Positions 9,632 to 18,846 of a DNA stretch of 64,000 bases are shown piece after piece. The notes beneath the pieces are model-generated. The model ran no database searches. It was given only the letters and a program-made list of their open reading frames with translations, and was not told where the DNA came from. Positions within the stretch are counted from its first letter, which is position 1; each line of letters starts with the position of its first letter. The DNA is from Flagellimonas sp. (lineage in GTDB: Bacteria > Bacteroidota > Bacteroidia > Flavobacteriales > Flavobacteriaceae): the NCBI RefSeq assembly GCF_965215805.1, contig NZ_OZ244124.1, positions 2,358,417 to 2,422,416 on the forward strand, in the 5' to 3' direction. Made by a program: the position numbers and the translations under genes.

Positions 9632-9895
9632 ATCAACCCAAAATTGATGGGTCATTTCATCTACATTTTCAATACAATTAATTGAATTTTTGTTGTGACC
9701 CTGGTTAAAGGGGAAAAGTAAGTGTTGTATGGTTGTGAAATGCGCCTGATCTGACGGTTGGCCCTTTTGGATTAACCTATGAAGTATTTGTATGGTAAAA
9801 CGTGTAGATTTATCCAAATAAAAGAAAAAGGCCATGGTGATTACCATGACCTTCTAAGGACTGTTTGGTATGTTTACTTTGGTTGGATTGAGTGA

Positions 9896-10933
9896 TTACA
9901 ACTTCTTGTAGATAGCCCCATTTTCTGTGAGGGAGTAACCAATAATTTGGTTGGCATCGTTTCTTTTGAAGTATATGGGCTCACTATTGACATTGGAGAA
10001 CATATCTTCACTTTCGTGATATACGGGATAAGGAATTCCATTGATTAGCGCCTGCAGATTTTCCTTTTCCCCGTTGTAGGCAACTATAATCTGACTTCCA
10101 TCCTCATGTTCGTACTTTCCTTCAAATTCGCGGAAAAAACGTGCATTTGCCAACTGGTTGTAGGGACTGTCGTTGGACAAAATCAATCCGTCACCAGGTT
10201 TCCAATTATCATATTCCATATAGTAGGCCGTGCGTTTGGCTGCATTTAGTCCTTGAAGTTTAGCTACTAAGTGCAAGGCGCCATCTATTCCAGCAGATAC
10301 CCCTGCTGTAGTGATGACTTTGCCATTATCTACAAAACGAGCGTCCTTTTTTACGTCAATCTTTGGATAGTCCTTTTCCAGACTATTCAGGGCACTGTGA
10401 AAGGTAGTAGCTGTTTTTCCGTCCAAAAGACCTGCCTCTGCAAGGACAAACGCTCCTGTGCATACAGAAAAGTGGTATTGAACTTCCTCTTGTTTTTGAA
10501 CCCACTGGATAACATCCTTGTTCTGGGATGCGGCCCCCGAATTGCCTCCAAAAAAGGCTAAAATATCTGCCTTTGGGGCATTCTCAATACTGTAATCTGG
10601 GATGACCTTTAGTGTACCTTGGGAAATTATAGGCTCCTGGGTGGCTGAAACGGTAAATACTTTGTATCCTGAATATACAAAAACCTCCATAGGGCCTGCA
10701 AAATCAAGGACTTCCACACCGTCTTGCAGATAAAAGGCTATGGTTTTGGACAAATCCTTTCGAATCAGGACCATGTTGCAATCCGTACAGATACCAGGGC
10801 CGTCGTGTTCCACTTCGTCACAGGACATGTTGCAAGGGGGGCAAATGTATTTGGTGGATGGAATTTGGGAATCTTGGGCAAGGCCGTTGGAAATCATAAA
10901 TAGTAGCGTGATAATAAAAAAAGACTGTTTCAT
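9896..10933 (-). CDS. Exported DJ-1/PfpI (InhA-like) enzyme with N-terminal Cys-rich heavy-metal-binding-like motif
   Basis: Signal peptide; YICPPCNMSCD...PGICTDCNMVL; EVLDFAGP, VCTGA nucleophile elbow, TAGVSAGID. Confidence 0.85.
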   Translation of the reverse strand: MKQSFFIITLLFMISNGLAQDSQIPSTKYICPPCNMSCDEVEHDGPGICTDCNMVLIRKDLSKTIAFYLQDGVEVLDFAGPMEVFVYSGYKVFTVSATQEPIISQGTLKVIPDYSIENAPKADILAFFGGNSGAASQNKDVIQWVQKQEEVQYHFSVCTGAFVLAEAGLLDGKTATTFHSALNSLEKDYPKIDVKKDARFVDNGKVITTAGVSAGIDGALHLVAKLQGLNAAKRTAYYMEYDNWKPGDGLILSNDSPYNQLANARFFREFEGKYEHEDGSQIIVAYNGEKENLQALINGIPYPVYHESEDMFSNVNSEPIYFKRNDANQIIGYSLTENGAIYKKL

Positions 10934-11013
10934 TGTTTCTTGTTTGATGATGAAACAAAATTATACCTATATAAGAACTAAAGAAAGGACAACTGGGCGC
11001 AGTATACGGACAT

Positions 11014-11985
11014 TTATCCCTGCCATTCCGAAGGAAGGGAATGCGTATGTTTTTTTAGTAATGCCCTAAGCTGATTACTGCTCCGAAGACCACAAGCCAA
11101 GGATGTAGCACTCACTTTAGAGCCATCCGATAATAACTGAACAGCACGCTCCACCCGAAGCTTTTCCAAATAGCTTCCAACGGTAATTCCAGTGACTTTT
11201 TTGAACAAACGACTAAGATTTCGCGGACTCATGTGCACATGTGCTGCCAAGCTTTCCAAGTTGGTCTTTTTGGCCAAATTCTGGGCCAAATAATCCTGTA
11301 CTTGGTGGATTCGGTTATCCAAATGGTTTCTATACTGAAGAAATACACTCAATTGGGGGTCACTGTCCGTTCTACGCAGGTAAATGACCACTGCTTTGGC
11401 AATTTTGGTGGCAAACACCGGCCCAAATAGTTCTTCCAAGATAAAAAGAGCCAAATCTATTCCGGATGACACGCCGGCACTGGAATATAAATTCCCATCT
11501 TTTACGATCAATCGATCAACAAGTAGTTTGGATTGTGGAAACCGTTTTTGAAAATCCTCCAAATACTTCCAATGGGTGGTGCAATTCTTGCCGTTGAAAA
11601 GTCCAGCATAAGCCACAATATACGCTCCCGTACAAACCGAGCATATTTGAGCCCCAGTTCCATATTGATTTTTTAACCAAAGGATGAATTCTTGGTTTTT
11701 GGCCGCATAGCCCGGCTCTGCAAAAATCCATCCTTCCAATCCAGGAATAAAAAGAAGGTCATTTGGTCCCAATTCATATGCATCATAGGGTTGTAGTTTA
11801 CCTAAGGACACCCCAGCACAAGTCACCTCTTCCAGCGTGGATGACATGCTTAAAAAATGGTTTTGAATATTGGCTCCATACAAAGTGGCCTCGTAAAATA
11901 GGTGGGCGGGGCCTGCAAAATCCAGTAGTTGCACTTCTGGAGGAATAAGGAAAAAGGCTCTGTATTTGGGGTTGTTTGTATTCAC
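11014..11985 (-). CDS. GlxA/FtrA-family AraC regulator (DJ-1-like sensor + AraC HTH)
   Basis: LLDFAGP, VCTGAY, TTHW, SSAGVSSGID, C-terminal HMSPRNLSRLFK HTH. Confidence 0.92.
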   Translation of the reverse strand: MNTNNPKYRAFFLIPPEVQLLDFAGPAHLFYEATLYGANIQNHFLSMSSTLEEVTCAGVSLGKLQPYDAYELGPNDLLFIPGLEGWIFAEPGYAAKNQEFILWLKNQYGTGAQICSVCTGAYIVAYAGLFNGKNCTTHWKYLEDFQKRFPQSKLLVDRLIVKDGNLYSSAGVSSGIDLALFILEELFGPVFATKIAKAVVIYLRRTDSDPQLSVFLQYRNHLDNRIHQVQDYLAQNLAKKTNLESLAAHVHMSPRNLSRLFKKVTGITVGSYLEKLRVERAVQLLSDGSKVSATSLACGLRSSNQLRALLKKHTHSLPSEWQG

Positions 11986-11991
11986 AAGGAG

Positions 11992-12216
11992 CTATTTTCC
12001 TCGTTGCTTCTCAATTTCGAGCAATTCAATGGCCTTGCTTAGTTCGCTTTGGAGTTCATCGTACCCAATAACTCTTCCAATCCCTGAAAGTTCCAAGAAG
12101 TGAAATCTCAATTGTTGATACAAGGACTCTTTAATCTGGTTTTTAATCTGGACTACCTCCTCGGTTTGAGGCATGCCTTCCAACTGCTTGTAGGTTTTTA
12201 ATAATTCTGCGTTCAT
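11992..12216 (-). CDS. Hypothetical 74-aa helical protein directly downstream of the antitoxin
   Basis: ATG 8 nt after the antitoxin stop with A-rich leader; ends 6 nt before the GlxA gene. Confidence 0.6.
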   Translation of the reverse strand: MNAELLKTYKQLEGMPQTEEVVQIKNQIKESLYQQLRFHFLELSGIGRVIGYDELQSELSKAIELLEIEKQRGK

Positions 12217-12224
12217 ATGTTTGG

Positions 12225-12545
12225 TTATAAAAATGTCAATCCTATTCTTCGGCCAAGACCTTGTTCAAAAATCCGGATAAGCGTGGAAAGTTGAATGTTG
12301 CCCTTGGCATTTTCCAATTTGGATATATAGCTCTTTTTAGTGCCTGCCCGCTCTGCAAGCTGTTCCTGTGTGAGGTTGGCCTGCTTTCTGGCCTCCTTCA
12401 ACATTTCACTGATAATGAACATTTGGGCACCTTCTTCATACTTGTTGCGATTTTCGGTGCCTATTTTCCCATGCTCATGCTCAATGAGTTCCTCAAAAGT
12501 TCGTATGTTCTTGTATGCATCCATGAGGTTATTGTTTGCTTTCAA
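12225..12545 (-). CDS. XRE-family HTH antitoxin (HigA-like)
   Basis: ARKQANLTQEQLAERAGTKKSYISKLEN HTH_3 motif; overlaps the toxin stop. Confidence 0.9.
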   Translation of the reverse strand: MKANNNLMDAYKNIRTFEELIEHEHGKIGTENRNKYEEGAQMFIISEMLKEARKQANLTQEQLAERAGTKKSYISKLENAKGNIQLSTLIRIFEQGLGRRIGLTFL

Positions 12546-12864
12546 AATATCTTTTCATCAGCCTATTGGCCTTTTCTAATTCCGTTTTAGGAGTTTTCTG
12601 CGTCTTTTTTTGGAAACCATTGAAGAGAATTATCAGCTTTCCTTCGTCAAAATAACAGAAGATTCTGTAGATGTTGGAATGATATTCTATTCTAATCTCG
12701 TACAATCCCCCAGTACCAGCAATATGTTTGAGGAACTTTTGAGGGACACGCTCAACCTGTTTGATCAATTCCAAGACGTATTGAATCTTTCCCCTCACTT
12801 TGGAATCCTGTTTGCGATAGAAGTCGATAAAGTGATTTTCAAAAAATACAATCTGTCTTGCCAC
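12529..12864 (-). CDS. RelE/HigB-like toxin (Gp49/DUF891 type)
   Basis: GLYEIRIEYHSNIYRIFCYFD, ILFNGFQKKTQKTPKTELEKA; toxin-first order with an XRE antitoxin; GTG start. Confidence 0.9.
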   Translation of the reverse strand: MARQIVFFENHFIDFYRKQDSKVRGKIQYVLELIKQVERVPQKFLKHIAGTGGLYEIRIEYHSNIYRIFCYFDEGKLIILFNGFQKKTQKTPKTELEKANRLMKRYFESKQ

Positions 12865-12872
12865 TGTATAAA

Positions 12873-12890
12873 GTTATCTTAAAAGATAAC
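12873..12890. promoter_or_regulatory. Palindromic operator of the TA operon: GTTATCTT-AA-AAGATAAC
   Basis: Perfect 8-bp-arm inverted repeat 8 nt upstream of the toxin GTG, overlapping a -7-like TAACTTTA (12869-12876, minus strand). Confidence 0.75.
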
Positions 12891-12963
12891 AATTTGCAAG
12901 TTCAAAAGAAATCAATAAAAAAAGTGCCATCACTCCTAAAGGAAAAAGGCTCTGTATGTGGTG

Positions 12964-13731
12964 TCAGTTTGCACTATTCAAATCTATGTCAAAATACTTT
13001 TTCAGGTATTCCTCGAACTGATTTTCATGAAACTGAATTTCTTCAGTATCTGACCCTTTTGTGACTTTTAAACTATTGTTATTGAGTGTGATACGACCTT
13101 TTTCAGTACTTATGGAGATTACCTTTTTTCTTGTAAAATGGGAATCGGGGCTGGTTTGATGATAGTTGCACATGCCCTCAAATTCATCCAAACTCCTGGG
13201 TTTGGGATTGAAAATATACTGAGGTACCCGATTTCCATTGGATAGCTCACTAACCTTTATGTAAGCGAGATCCGTTTCGTATGAATCTAGAACAAAAGTG
13301 CCGTAGAGATCGTGTTGGGGGACATTTAGGTTTATGGTCAGTGGTTCCAGGGTAAATTTTCCGAAACCTACATCTACCAGGTACTTTATATCATCTAGGG
13401 TTACCAAAAGAGCCATGTGATCATATTCTGGACTATAAACGCCATTTTTATCATGGACCCTGGCAGAAACCCTATGAACATCAAACCCAATTGCATGGAG
13501 AAGCTCATAAAAAAGGCCATTCAGCTCATAACAAAAACCACCACGATTTTGGAGCACTATCTTTTTAAAGAAAAATGCTGTCTCTAAAGTGATCGGGACA
13601 TTGTAATGAATATCTAGATTTTCAAAAGGCACACTGAGTAAGTGTGCCTTCTGAAGTCCAAACAAAGTTTGTTTGTCGGTTCCAACGCTAGCTGTATAGT
13701 TGATTCTATTCAAATAGGCTGAAACGTCCAT
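12964..13731 (-). CDS. Arylamine N-acetyltransferase
   Basis: VPFENLDIH; catalytic triad RGGFCYELN (Cys), DHMAL (His), YLVDVGFG (Asp). Confidence 0.95.
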   Translation of the reverse strand: MDVSAYLNRINYTASVGTDKQTLFGLQKAHLLSVPFENLDIHYNVPITLETAFFFKKIVLQNRGGFCYELNGLFYELLHAIGFDVHRVSARVHDKNGVYSPEYDHMALLVTLDDIKYLVDVGFGKFTLEPLTINLNVPQHDLYGTFVLDSYETDLAYIKVSELSNGNRVPQYIFNPKPRSLDEFEGMCNYHQTSPDSHFTRKKVISISTEKGRITLNNNSLKVTKGSDTEEIQFHENQFEEYLKKYFDIDLNSAN

Positions 13732-13744
13732 AAGTTTACTCGTG

Positions 13745-15373
13745 TTACCCTAAAAAAGGATATCTGTAATCCTCGGGGGTTACAAAAGTTTCCTTGATCA
13801 ATCTTGGAGAAACCCAACGCAATAAGTTCTGTGCAGAACCAGCTTTGTCATTGGTTCCCGAAGCTCTTGCACCGCCAAATGGTTGTTGTCCTACAACGGC
13901 CCCAGTTGGTTTGTCATTGATGTAGAAGTTTCCTGCGCAATTTTGCAATGCCTTGGTCGCTTCGTCAATGGCATAACGATCTGTGGATAATACCGCTCCT
14001 GTCAATGCATACTCCGAGGTACTGTCTACCAACTTCAAAGTTTCACTCCAATCCGCATCCTTATAAATGTATATGGTCACAACAGGGCCAAATAGCTCTG
14101 TGCACATGGTTGTATATTTTGGGTCTTGGGTCAAGATAACCGTGGGTTCCACAAAATATCCGTTGGATTTATCATATCCACCACCGGCAATGATCTCGGC
14201 ATCTTTATCCGCTTTGGCTTGATCGATGTATTTGGCCAGCTTGTCAAATGAACCTTCATGAATCACAGCGGTGATAAAATTGCTCATATCTGCGGGTGAA
14301 CCTGGCTTGTTGAAGGATGCTATATCGGTTTTTACCAATTCCAATATCTCATTGGCTGTAGATTTTGGGAGATACACCCTGGACGCAGCACTACATTTTT
14401 GACCCTGGAATTCAAAAGCGCCCCTTATGATTGCGGTAGCTACTTGTTCCGGTTTGGCCGTTGGGTGTGCCAATATAAAGTCTTTTCCACCAGTTTCCCC
14501 AACTATTCTTGGGTAGGTTTTATAGGTATGAATATTATTCCCAATTTGTTTCCACAATTCCTTGAAAACAAAAGTGGAACCTGTAAAATGGAGTCCAGAA
14601 AAATCTGGGTTGGAAAGTACGGTTTCTGTAACCATAATGGGGTCTCCCATTACCATATTTATAACCCCATCCGGAAGCCCGGCCTCCTTGAATACATCCA
14701 TGATTACCTTGGCAGAGAACACTTGACTGTCGCTAGGTTTCCAAAGCACAACATTTCCCATCATGGCAGCACTGGCTGGCAGGTTACCTGCAATGGCCGT
14801 AAAATTGAAGGGGGTAATGGCATATACAAATCCTTCCAAAGGCCTATATTCAACGCGGTTCCAGATACCATCTGCAGACTCTGGCTGCTCCGCATAAATT
14901 TGAGACATGTATTCCACATTGAAACGCAGGAAATCGATGAACTCGCAGGCAGCATCAATCTCCGCCTGATGGATGGTTTTGGATTGTGCCATCATGGTGG
15001 CCGCATTGATTTTTGCACGATAAGGTCCAGCAACCAAATCGGCCGCTTTCAAGAAAATGGCAGCACGTTGCTCCCAAGTCAAGTTGGCCCATTTTTCTCT
15101 GGCTTCCAAACCGTTGGAGATGGCTTGCTCCACATGTTTTTTATCGGCAATGTGGTAATGGCCCACAACGTGTGCGTGCTCATGTGGTGGAGACATGGTT
15201 TGGGTGTTTCCGGTCCTTATTTCTTCGGCACCTATATATAAGGGAACATCAACGTTTCCGCTATAATAGGCATCATACTGTTGTAGCACTTCCTCTCTTT
15301 CCGGAGTGCCTGGAGCATAACTTTTTATAGGTTCGTTATATGCTGTTGGAACCTGAAAAAAACCTTTTCCCAT
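13745..15373 (-). CDS. pruA: L-glutamate gamma-semialdehyde (P5C) dehydrogenase
   Basis: RPLEGFVYAITPFNFTAI, FTGST, GETGGK, FQGQKCSAASR, QQPFGGARASGTNDK; start refined to ATG 15373 (MGKGFFQVP) because a TAnnTTTG at 15404-15411 overlaps the track start. Confidence 0.95.
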   Translation of the reverse strand: MGKGFFQVPTAYNEPIKSYAPGTPEREEVLQQYDAYYSGNVDVPLYIGAEEIRTGNTQTMSPPHEHAHVVGHYHIADKKHVEQAISNGLEAREKWANLTWEQRAAIFLKAADLVAGPYRAKINAATMMAQSKTIHQAEIDAACEFIDFLRFNVEYMSQIYAEQPESADGIWNRVEYRPLEGFVYAITPFNFTAIAGNLPASAAMMGNVVLWKPSDSQVFSAKVIMDVFKEAGLPDGVINMVMGDPIMVTETVLSNPDFSGLHFTGSTFVFKELWKQIGNNIHTYKTYPRIVGETGGKDFILAHPTAKPEQVATAIIRGAFEFQGQKCSAASRVYLPKSTANEILELVKTDIASFNKPGSPADMSNFITAVIHEGSFDKLAKYIDQAKADKDAEIIAGGGYDKSNGYFVEPTVILTQDPKYTTMCTELFGPVVTIYIYKDADWSETLKLVDSTSEYALTGAVLSTDRYAIDEATKALQNCAGNFYINDKPTGAVVGQQPFGGARASGTNDKAGSAQNLLRWVSPRLIKETFVTPEDYRYPFLG

Positions 15374-15403
15374 AGTGGTATTTTTACGATTTAAAAATTC
15401 CAC

Positions 15404-15411
15404 CAAAGGTA
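15404..15411 (-). promoter_or_regulatory. -7 promoter element TACCTTTG for pruA
   Basis: Exact TAnnTTTG on the minus strand 30 nt upstream of the pruA ATG. Confidence 0.6.
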
Positions 15412-15442
15412 GTAAAAGAATAGATGATTATTGGATTATAAA

Positions 15443-15826
15443 TTATTGATTGTTGGATTGCAAGTTGAGGTATTTGATATACCCATTTAAAGAGTAAATG
15501 GCCTGGGATATAAGAATCATTCCCTGTTGGATTTCCTGTTTCGTCACTTTATTTTCATCCATACAAATAATTAAATCTTCTTTGATTTCGAACAAAGAAC
15601 CCCTACTTATTCTACAAAATTGAATGTTCTCTTTATAATGGAATCTTCCGAAACCTTCTGCAATGTTTCTAGTGGTGGAACGTGCTGCTCTTCTAAGATT
15701 TTGGACTAAATCGTAATCCTTTTTGTCAATTTTGGCCTTAAGGAACGAATCAACCCATATTCTGACCTTTCTGCACTTTTGCCAACACTCCAATTGTTCA
15801 AAGGAAGTATAGCTTGGCATTATCAA
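15443..15826 (-). CDS. Four-helix bundle protein (TIGR02436 / 23S-IVS protein / bAvd-like)
   Basis: SFEQLECWQK, QNLRRAARSTTRNIAEGFGR, FCRISRGSLFEI; start is TTG 15826 or ATG 15820. Confidence 0.9.
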   Translation of the reverse strand: MIMPSYTSFEQLECWQKCRKVRIWVDSFLKAKIDKKDYDLVQNLRRAARSTTRNIAEGFGRFHYKENIQFCRISRGSLFEIKEDLIICMDENKVTKQEIQQGMILISQAIYSLNGYIKYLNLQSNNQ

Positions 15827-15881
15827 TAAGATTTGGGAACATAGAAAAGAAATAATTAATAATCGATAATGTGCAATTTAA

Positions 15882-16268
15882 TTAATTGATCGCAAAAGGA
15901 GCGGAAAATTTGAAGGTAGGTATCTCCACCTCAAATTCTTCCGTAGAAGTGAAATTTACCATGTGATAATACCCGCGCATGGCACCAATAGGGGACGCCA
16001 AAAGACAACCGGAACTATAGGTGTGGGACTTACCGGGCTTAATGACGGGTTTTTTACCTACGACCCCTTCACCATCCACAGTCTCCATTTCCTTTAAGGC
16101 ATCAAAAATGTCCCAGTGCCTAGCCGTAAGCTGCACGGTATCCTGACTTTGATTTTCAATCGTAATGGTATATCCAAAGGCGTAGTGCATTTTATAGTTC
16201 TTAAAAAATGTGCCTTCGAAGGTGGTTTGCACCGATACTTTAATTCCTTTGGTAATCTGAGTAAACAT
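15882..16268 (-). CDS. apaG: ApaG/CorD protein
   Basis: YAFGYTITIEN, VQLTARHWDI, GEGVVGKKP, GAMRGYY. Confidence 0.95.
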   Translation of the reverse strand: MFTQITKGIKVSVQTTFEGTFFKNYKMHYAFGYTITIENQSQDTVQLTARHWDIFDALKEMETVDGEGVVGKKPVIKPGKSHTYSSGCLLASPIGAMRGYYHMVNFTSTEEFEVEIPTFKFSAPFAIN

Positions 16269-16272
16269 AATT

Positions 16273-17454
16273 CTAATATGTAAAGACGCTTCCTGTCAAC
16301 AAACCTAACAACACAAACAGTGCCAAAAAGGCAAAAATAGTGTTCAGAAAAACGTATTTAATAATTGTCTTTATCCTTCCTTGGCCGTAGAACCGTCTCA
16401 TGGCTTTGTACAGGTAAAATCCGAAAATCAGCAAAAAGATTCCTGCACTGGCCGTATTGAAAATAGTATCAATTATTAGGCTAAGGATGAGCAAGATAAA
16501 TAATAATGACTGGTTGTGAAAACTAAAGATCAGATGATCGGTGTAGGTGTATTTTTTTCTGATGTATGCCATCCAAATGAAGACAGTGAACAGGGGAAGG
16601 AAAAAGAATATTACGAACGGCAGCTTTGCTATGGTGTTGTTTAAGTAGGTGCCTGGCTGCTCAATTGCTTTCAATGAACTCTTGGATCCATTGAAGGCCA
16701 TTTTGTTTTTCCATGTATGTTTGGCACCAAATTTATTTTGCGCATCCTCAAAGGTTCTTACAGAGTCTTTTCGCAAATACGTAAAGAAGAATACCATTCT
16801 TTCCACAAAACTGCCTGAATCTCCACTTTGGAGTTCTTGAAAGTACTTTCTTGGATTGGCTCGCATTAAAGAATCTTTTCTGGCTTCTTCTTTTATCTCT
16901 TGATTTATGAGATACCCCAATGAGTCCATATTTTGCATTCCTGGAATTGGGATTCTTTCCAAATTTCTAAGGGAGTCCAGATGCCCTAGCGCTTCTTCGG
17001 TTTGCTTTTTTACATCCGAACTATCCGATTCCTTGTAAGCATAACTTATGGGGCTTGTTTTTTGAAATTTGTTTTTCAGGTCAAGGTCATCCAAGTTGGA
17101 AAAATTGTTGTCATAGGAGAACAGCAGAAGATAAAGAAAGGCCAAGCTCAAAAGAAATCTAAAGGGATTGGTGTAGGTAATTCGCTTCCCGTTGACATAA
17201 TCTTTGGTGATGGTGCCAGGTTTTAGCAACATCGCATAAAGAGTTTTGATCAGTTTGGAATCGTAATTGATCAAACTGGAGAAAAATTCATCCCAAAAAT
17301 CCCTTAGAACCAACTTTTTGGTGCTATTGGCTTGTGAACAATTTGGGCAGTATTTATCACTGATGTCAAGGGGGTGTCCGCAGTTTAAGCATTTGTTGCC
17401 CCTAAATTTCAGCTCATACCGGCCTTTGGAAATTAAGCTTGGTTTGTTTCCCAT
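16273..17454 (-). CDS. DUF3667 domain membrane protein
   Basis: CLNCGH...YCPNCSQ zinc-ribbon, LLKPGTITKDYVNGKRITYTNPFRF, C-terminal TM helices. Confidence 0.85.
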   Translation of the reverse strand: MGNKPSLISKGRYELKFRGNKCLNCGHPLDISDKYCPNCSQANSTKKLVLRDFWDEFFSSLINYDSKLIKTLYAMLLKPGTITKDYVNGKRITYTNPFRFLLSLAFLYLLLFSYDNNFSNLDDLDLKNKFQKTSPISYAYKESDSSDVKKQTEEALGHLDSLRNLERIPIPGMQNMDSLGYLINQEIKEEARKDSLMRANPRKYFQELQSGDSGSFVERMVFFFTYLRKDSVRTFEDAQNKFGAKHTWKNKMAFNGSKSSLKAIEQPGTYLNNTIAKLPFVIFFFLPLFTVFIWMAYIRKKYTYTDHLIFSFHNQSLLFILLILSLIIDTIFNTASAGIFLLIFGFYLYKAMRRFYGQGRIKTIIKYVFLNTIFAFLALFVLLGLLTGSVFTY

Positions 17455-17484
17455 TTCCTGATGGAGGTTATGGGCTAAAGATAA

Positions 17485-18729
17485 TTAATTGCTGATTGTT
17501 CTGGAATTTACAGAGCCTATTCCTATGATGCTGTCGTGCATGTCACCAAAATCCCGATAATAGACCAAAATGAGGTAATTGTTTTCCGTGAAATGAAAGT
17601 TGCCTCCCACATAGTTAAGGTCCACAACTCCATCCTCCCGTTCCACCACATATTTATAATTGTAAAATCCTTGCTTTATGGGTAGGGTTAGTTCCATTTT
17701 TCCATTATCGGAGTTGAAGGTCATCAAATTTTCCTCTTCCAAGGCATAGTTGTTGAACTTCCCGAAGACGTAGACCTTGTCCAAACCAATGTCATTGGAG
17801 TAGGGTAGGCTAAAATGGACTTTGGAGTATTCCGCCTCCCTGGAAACATCATCACCCTGAAGCGTGCGGATCACAAAATCCCCATTGATATCCGGGAAAT
17901 AGGTGTACGGCAGATCATGCCTGAATTCGTTGGTGAAAAGATAATGGTGGTACAGATCTTTAAATTCTACCTTGGAAATAGCAAAAGTGGGAGATCGTAA
18001 ATCTTTGGTGTCAAAATTCAAAAATTCGTTGCCCCCATAAAAACTTGTTTCCTGGTCGTATTTATAAACCAACTCAGTTCCCAGGGTAAATTGTGGTTGA
18101 ATATTGTAAATCGCCGTGGGCCAAAAATGATTTTGGATTATGGCAACCTTGACCTCCTTTTTGGGATTGACAACTGGGAATCCAGCGGTGTTGATACGAA
18201 ACTGAACTACTTGTTTGGTATTCAAAAACTGGAAATCCCGGGAACGTTTTATGGTGCCCCCAACCCTAACTAAATCCTTGTAAACCAGAAACCTGCGGGA
18301 AAATTGGAGTTCCCCGTACATATTGTAAATCTCAAGAAGGTAGTTGCCACTTACTTTGAGCCCAACGTTTTGGTTGGGTATGGTAAGTCTATAATTGGAA
18401 TAGGGTTGTAGGGTGTTATAACTGTTCTCGTAATCAATAATGCGTTGGTTGTCGGTTCCGTTGAGGTATTGCGATTTTAGCAATTGCGAAGGTGTCCAGT
18501 CGTAATCACAGTGTACGATCTTGTAGTAGTAATCTTGTTCGCTGGCTGTGAGGTCGTCAAACTCCAATGTCATTTTTTCACCAAGCTGAATAACAGGGAA
18601 TTGATCCTCCGTTGGGCCTATAAAGACAACCGATTTTATGTGGGAGGGTGGATTTACTTCTTCTTGCACCTGTGCAAAAACTCCGGTAACAAAAAAACAA
18701 CAGCACAATTGTTTAATCAATAAGCGCAT
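17485..18729 (-). CDS. DUF5103 protein (T9SS plug-like)
   Basis: LEFDDL, YYKIVHCDYDW, KVSGNYLL, GGNEFLNFDTK, KQGFYNY, TENNY; start refined to ATG 18729 (signal peptide MRLLIKQ...VFAQ). Confidence 0.8.
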   Translation of the reverse strand: MRLLIKQLCCCFFVTGVFAQVQEEVNPPSHIKSVVFIGPTEDQFPVIQLGEKMTLEFDDLTASEQDYYYKIVHCDYDWTPSQLLKSQYLNGTDNQRIIDYENSYNTLQPYSNYRLTIPNQNVGLKVSGNYLLEIYNMYGELQFSRRFLVYKDLVRVGGTIKRSRDFQFLNTKQVVQFRINTAGFPVVNPKKEVKVAIIQNHFWPTAIYNIQPQFTLGTELVYKYDQETSFYGGNEFLNFDTKDLRSPTFAISKVEFKDLYHHYLFTNEFRHDLPYTYFPDINGDFVIRTLQGDDVSREAEYSKVHFSLPYSNDIGLDKVYVFGKFNNYALEEENLMTFNSDNGKMELTLPIKQGFYNYKYVVEREDGVVDLNYVGGNFHFTENNYLILVYYRDFGDMHDSIIGIGSVNSRTISN

Positions 18730-18774
18730 ATTAGGCCCAAATTTTGGGTAAAGGTAAACAAAAAGTGTGCCTAG

Positions 18775-18846
18775 CAAATTTAGCTCGATGTAATCCCATT
18801 TTTATGGTCAATTATTATGAAAACTATCCTTTTAATGCTAAATTTG
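18775..18846. promoter_or_regulatory. Back-to-back -7 elements (TAAATTTG) for the DUF5103 gene (minus, 18775-18782) and nqrA (plus, 18839-18846)
   Basis: Two exact TAnnTTTG in opposite orientation, each inside GCTAAATTTGC. Confidence 0.6.

Noticed and set aside
8729-12864. Island as a prophage or ICE
   Set aside because: No integrase, transposase, tRNA target or att repeats detected; kept only as a probable accessory block.
14399-15241. 280-aa + strand ORF
   Set aside because: Lies fully antisense to the well-supported pruA; no motifs.
15443-15826. Four-helix bundle as a DGR Avd or 23S intervening sequence
   Set aside because: No reverse transcriptase, template/variable repeats or rRNA in the window.
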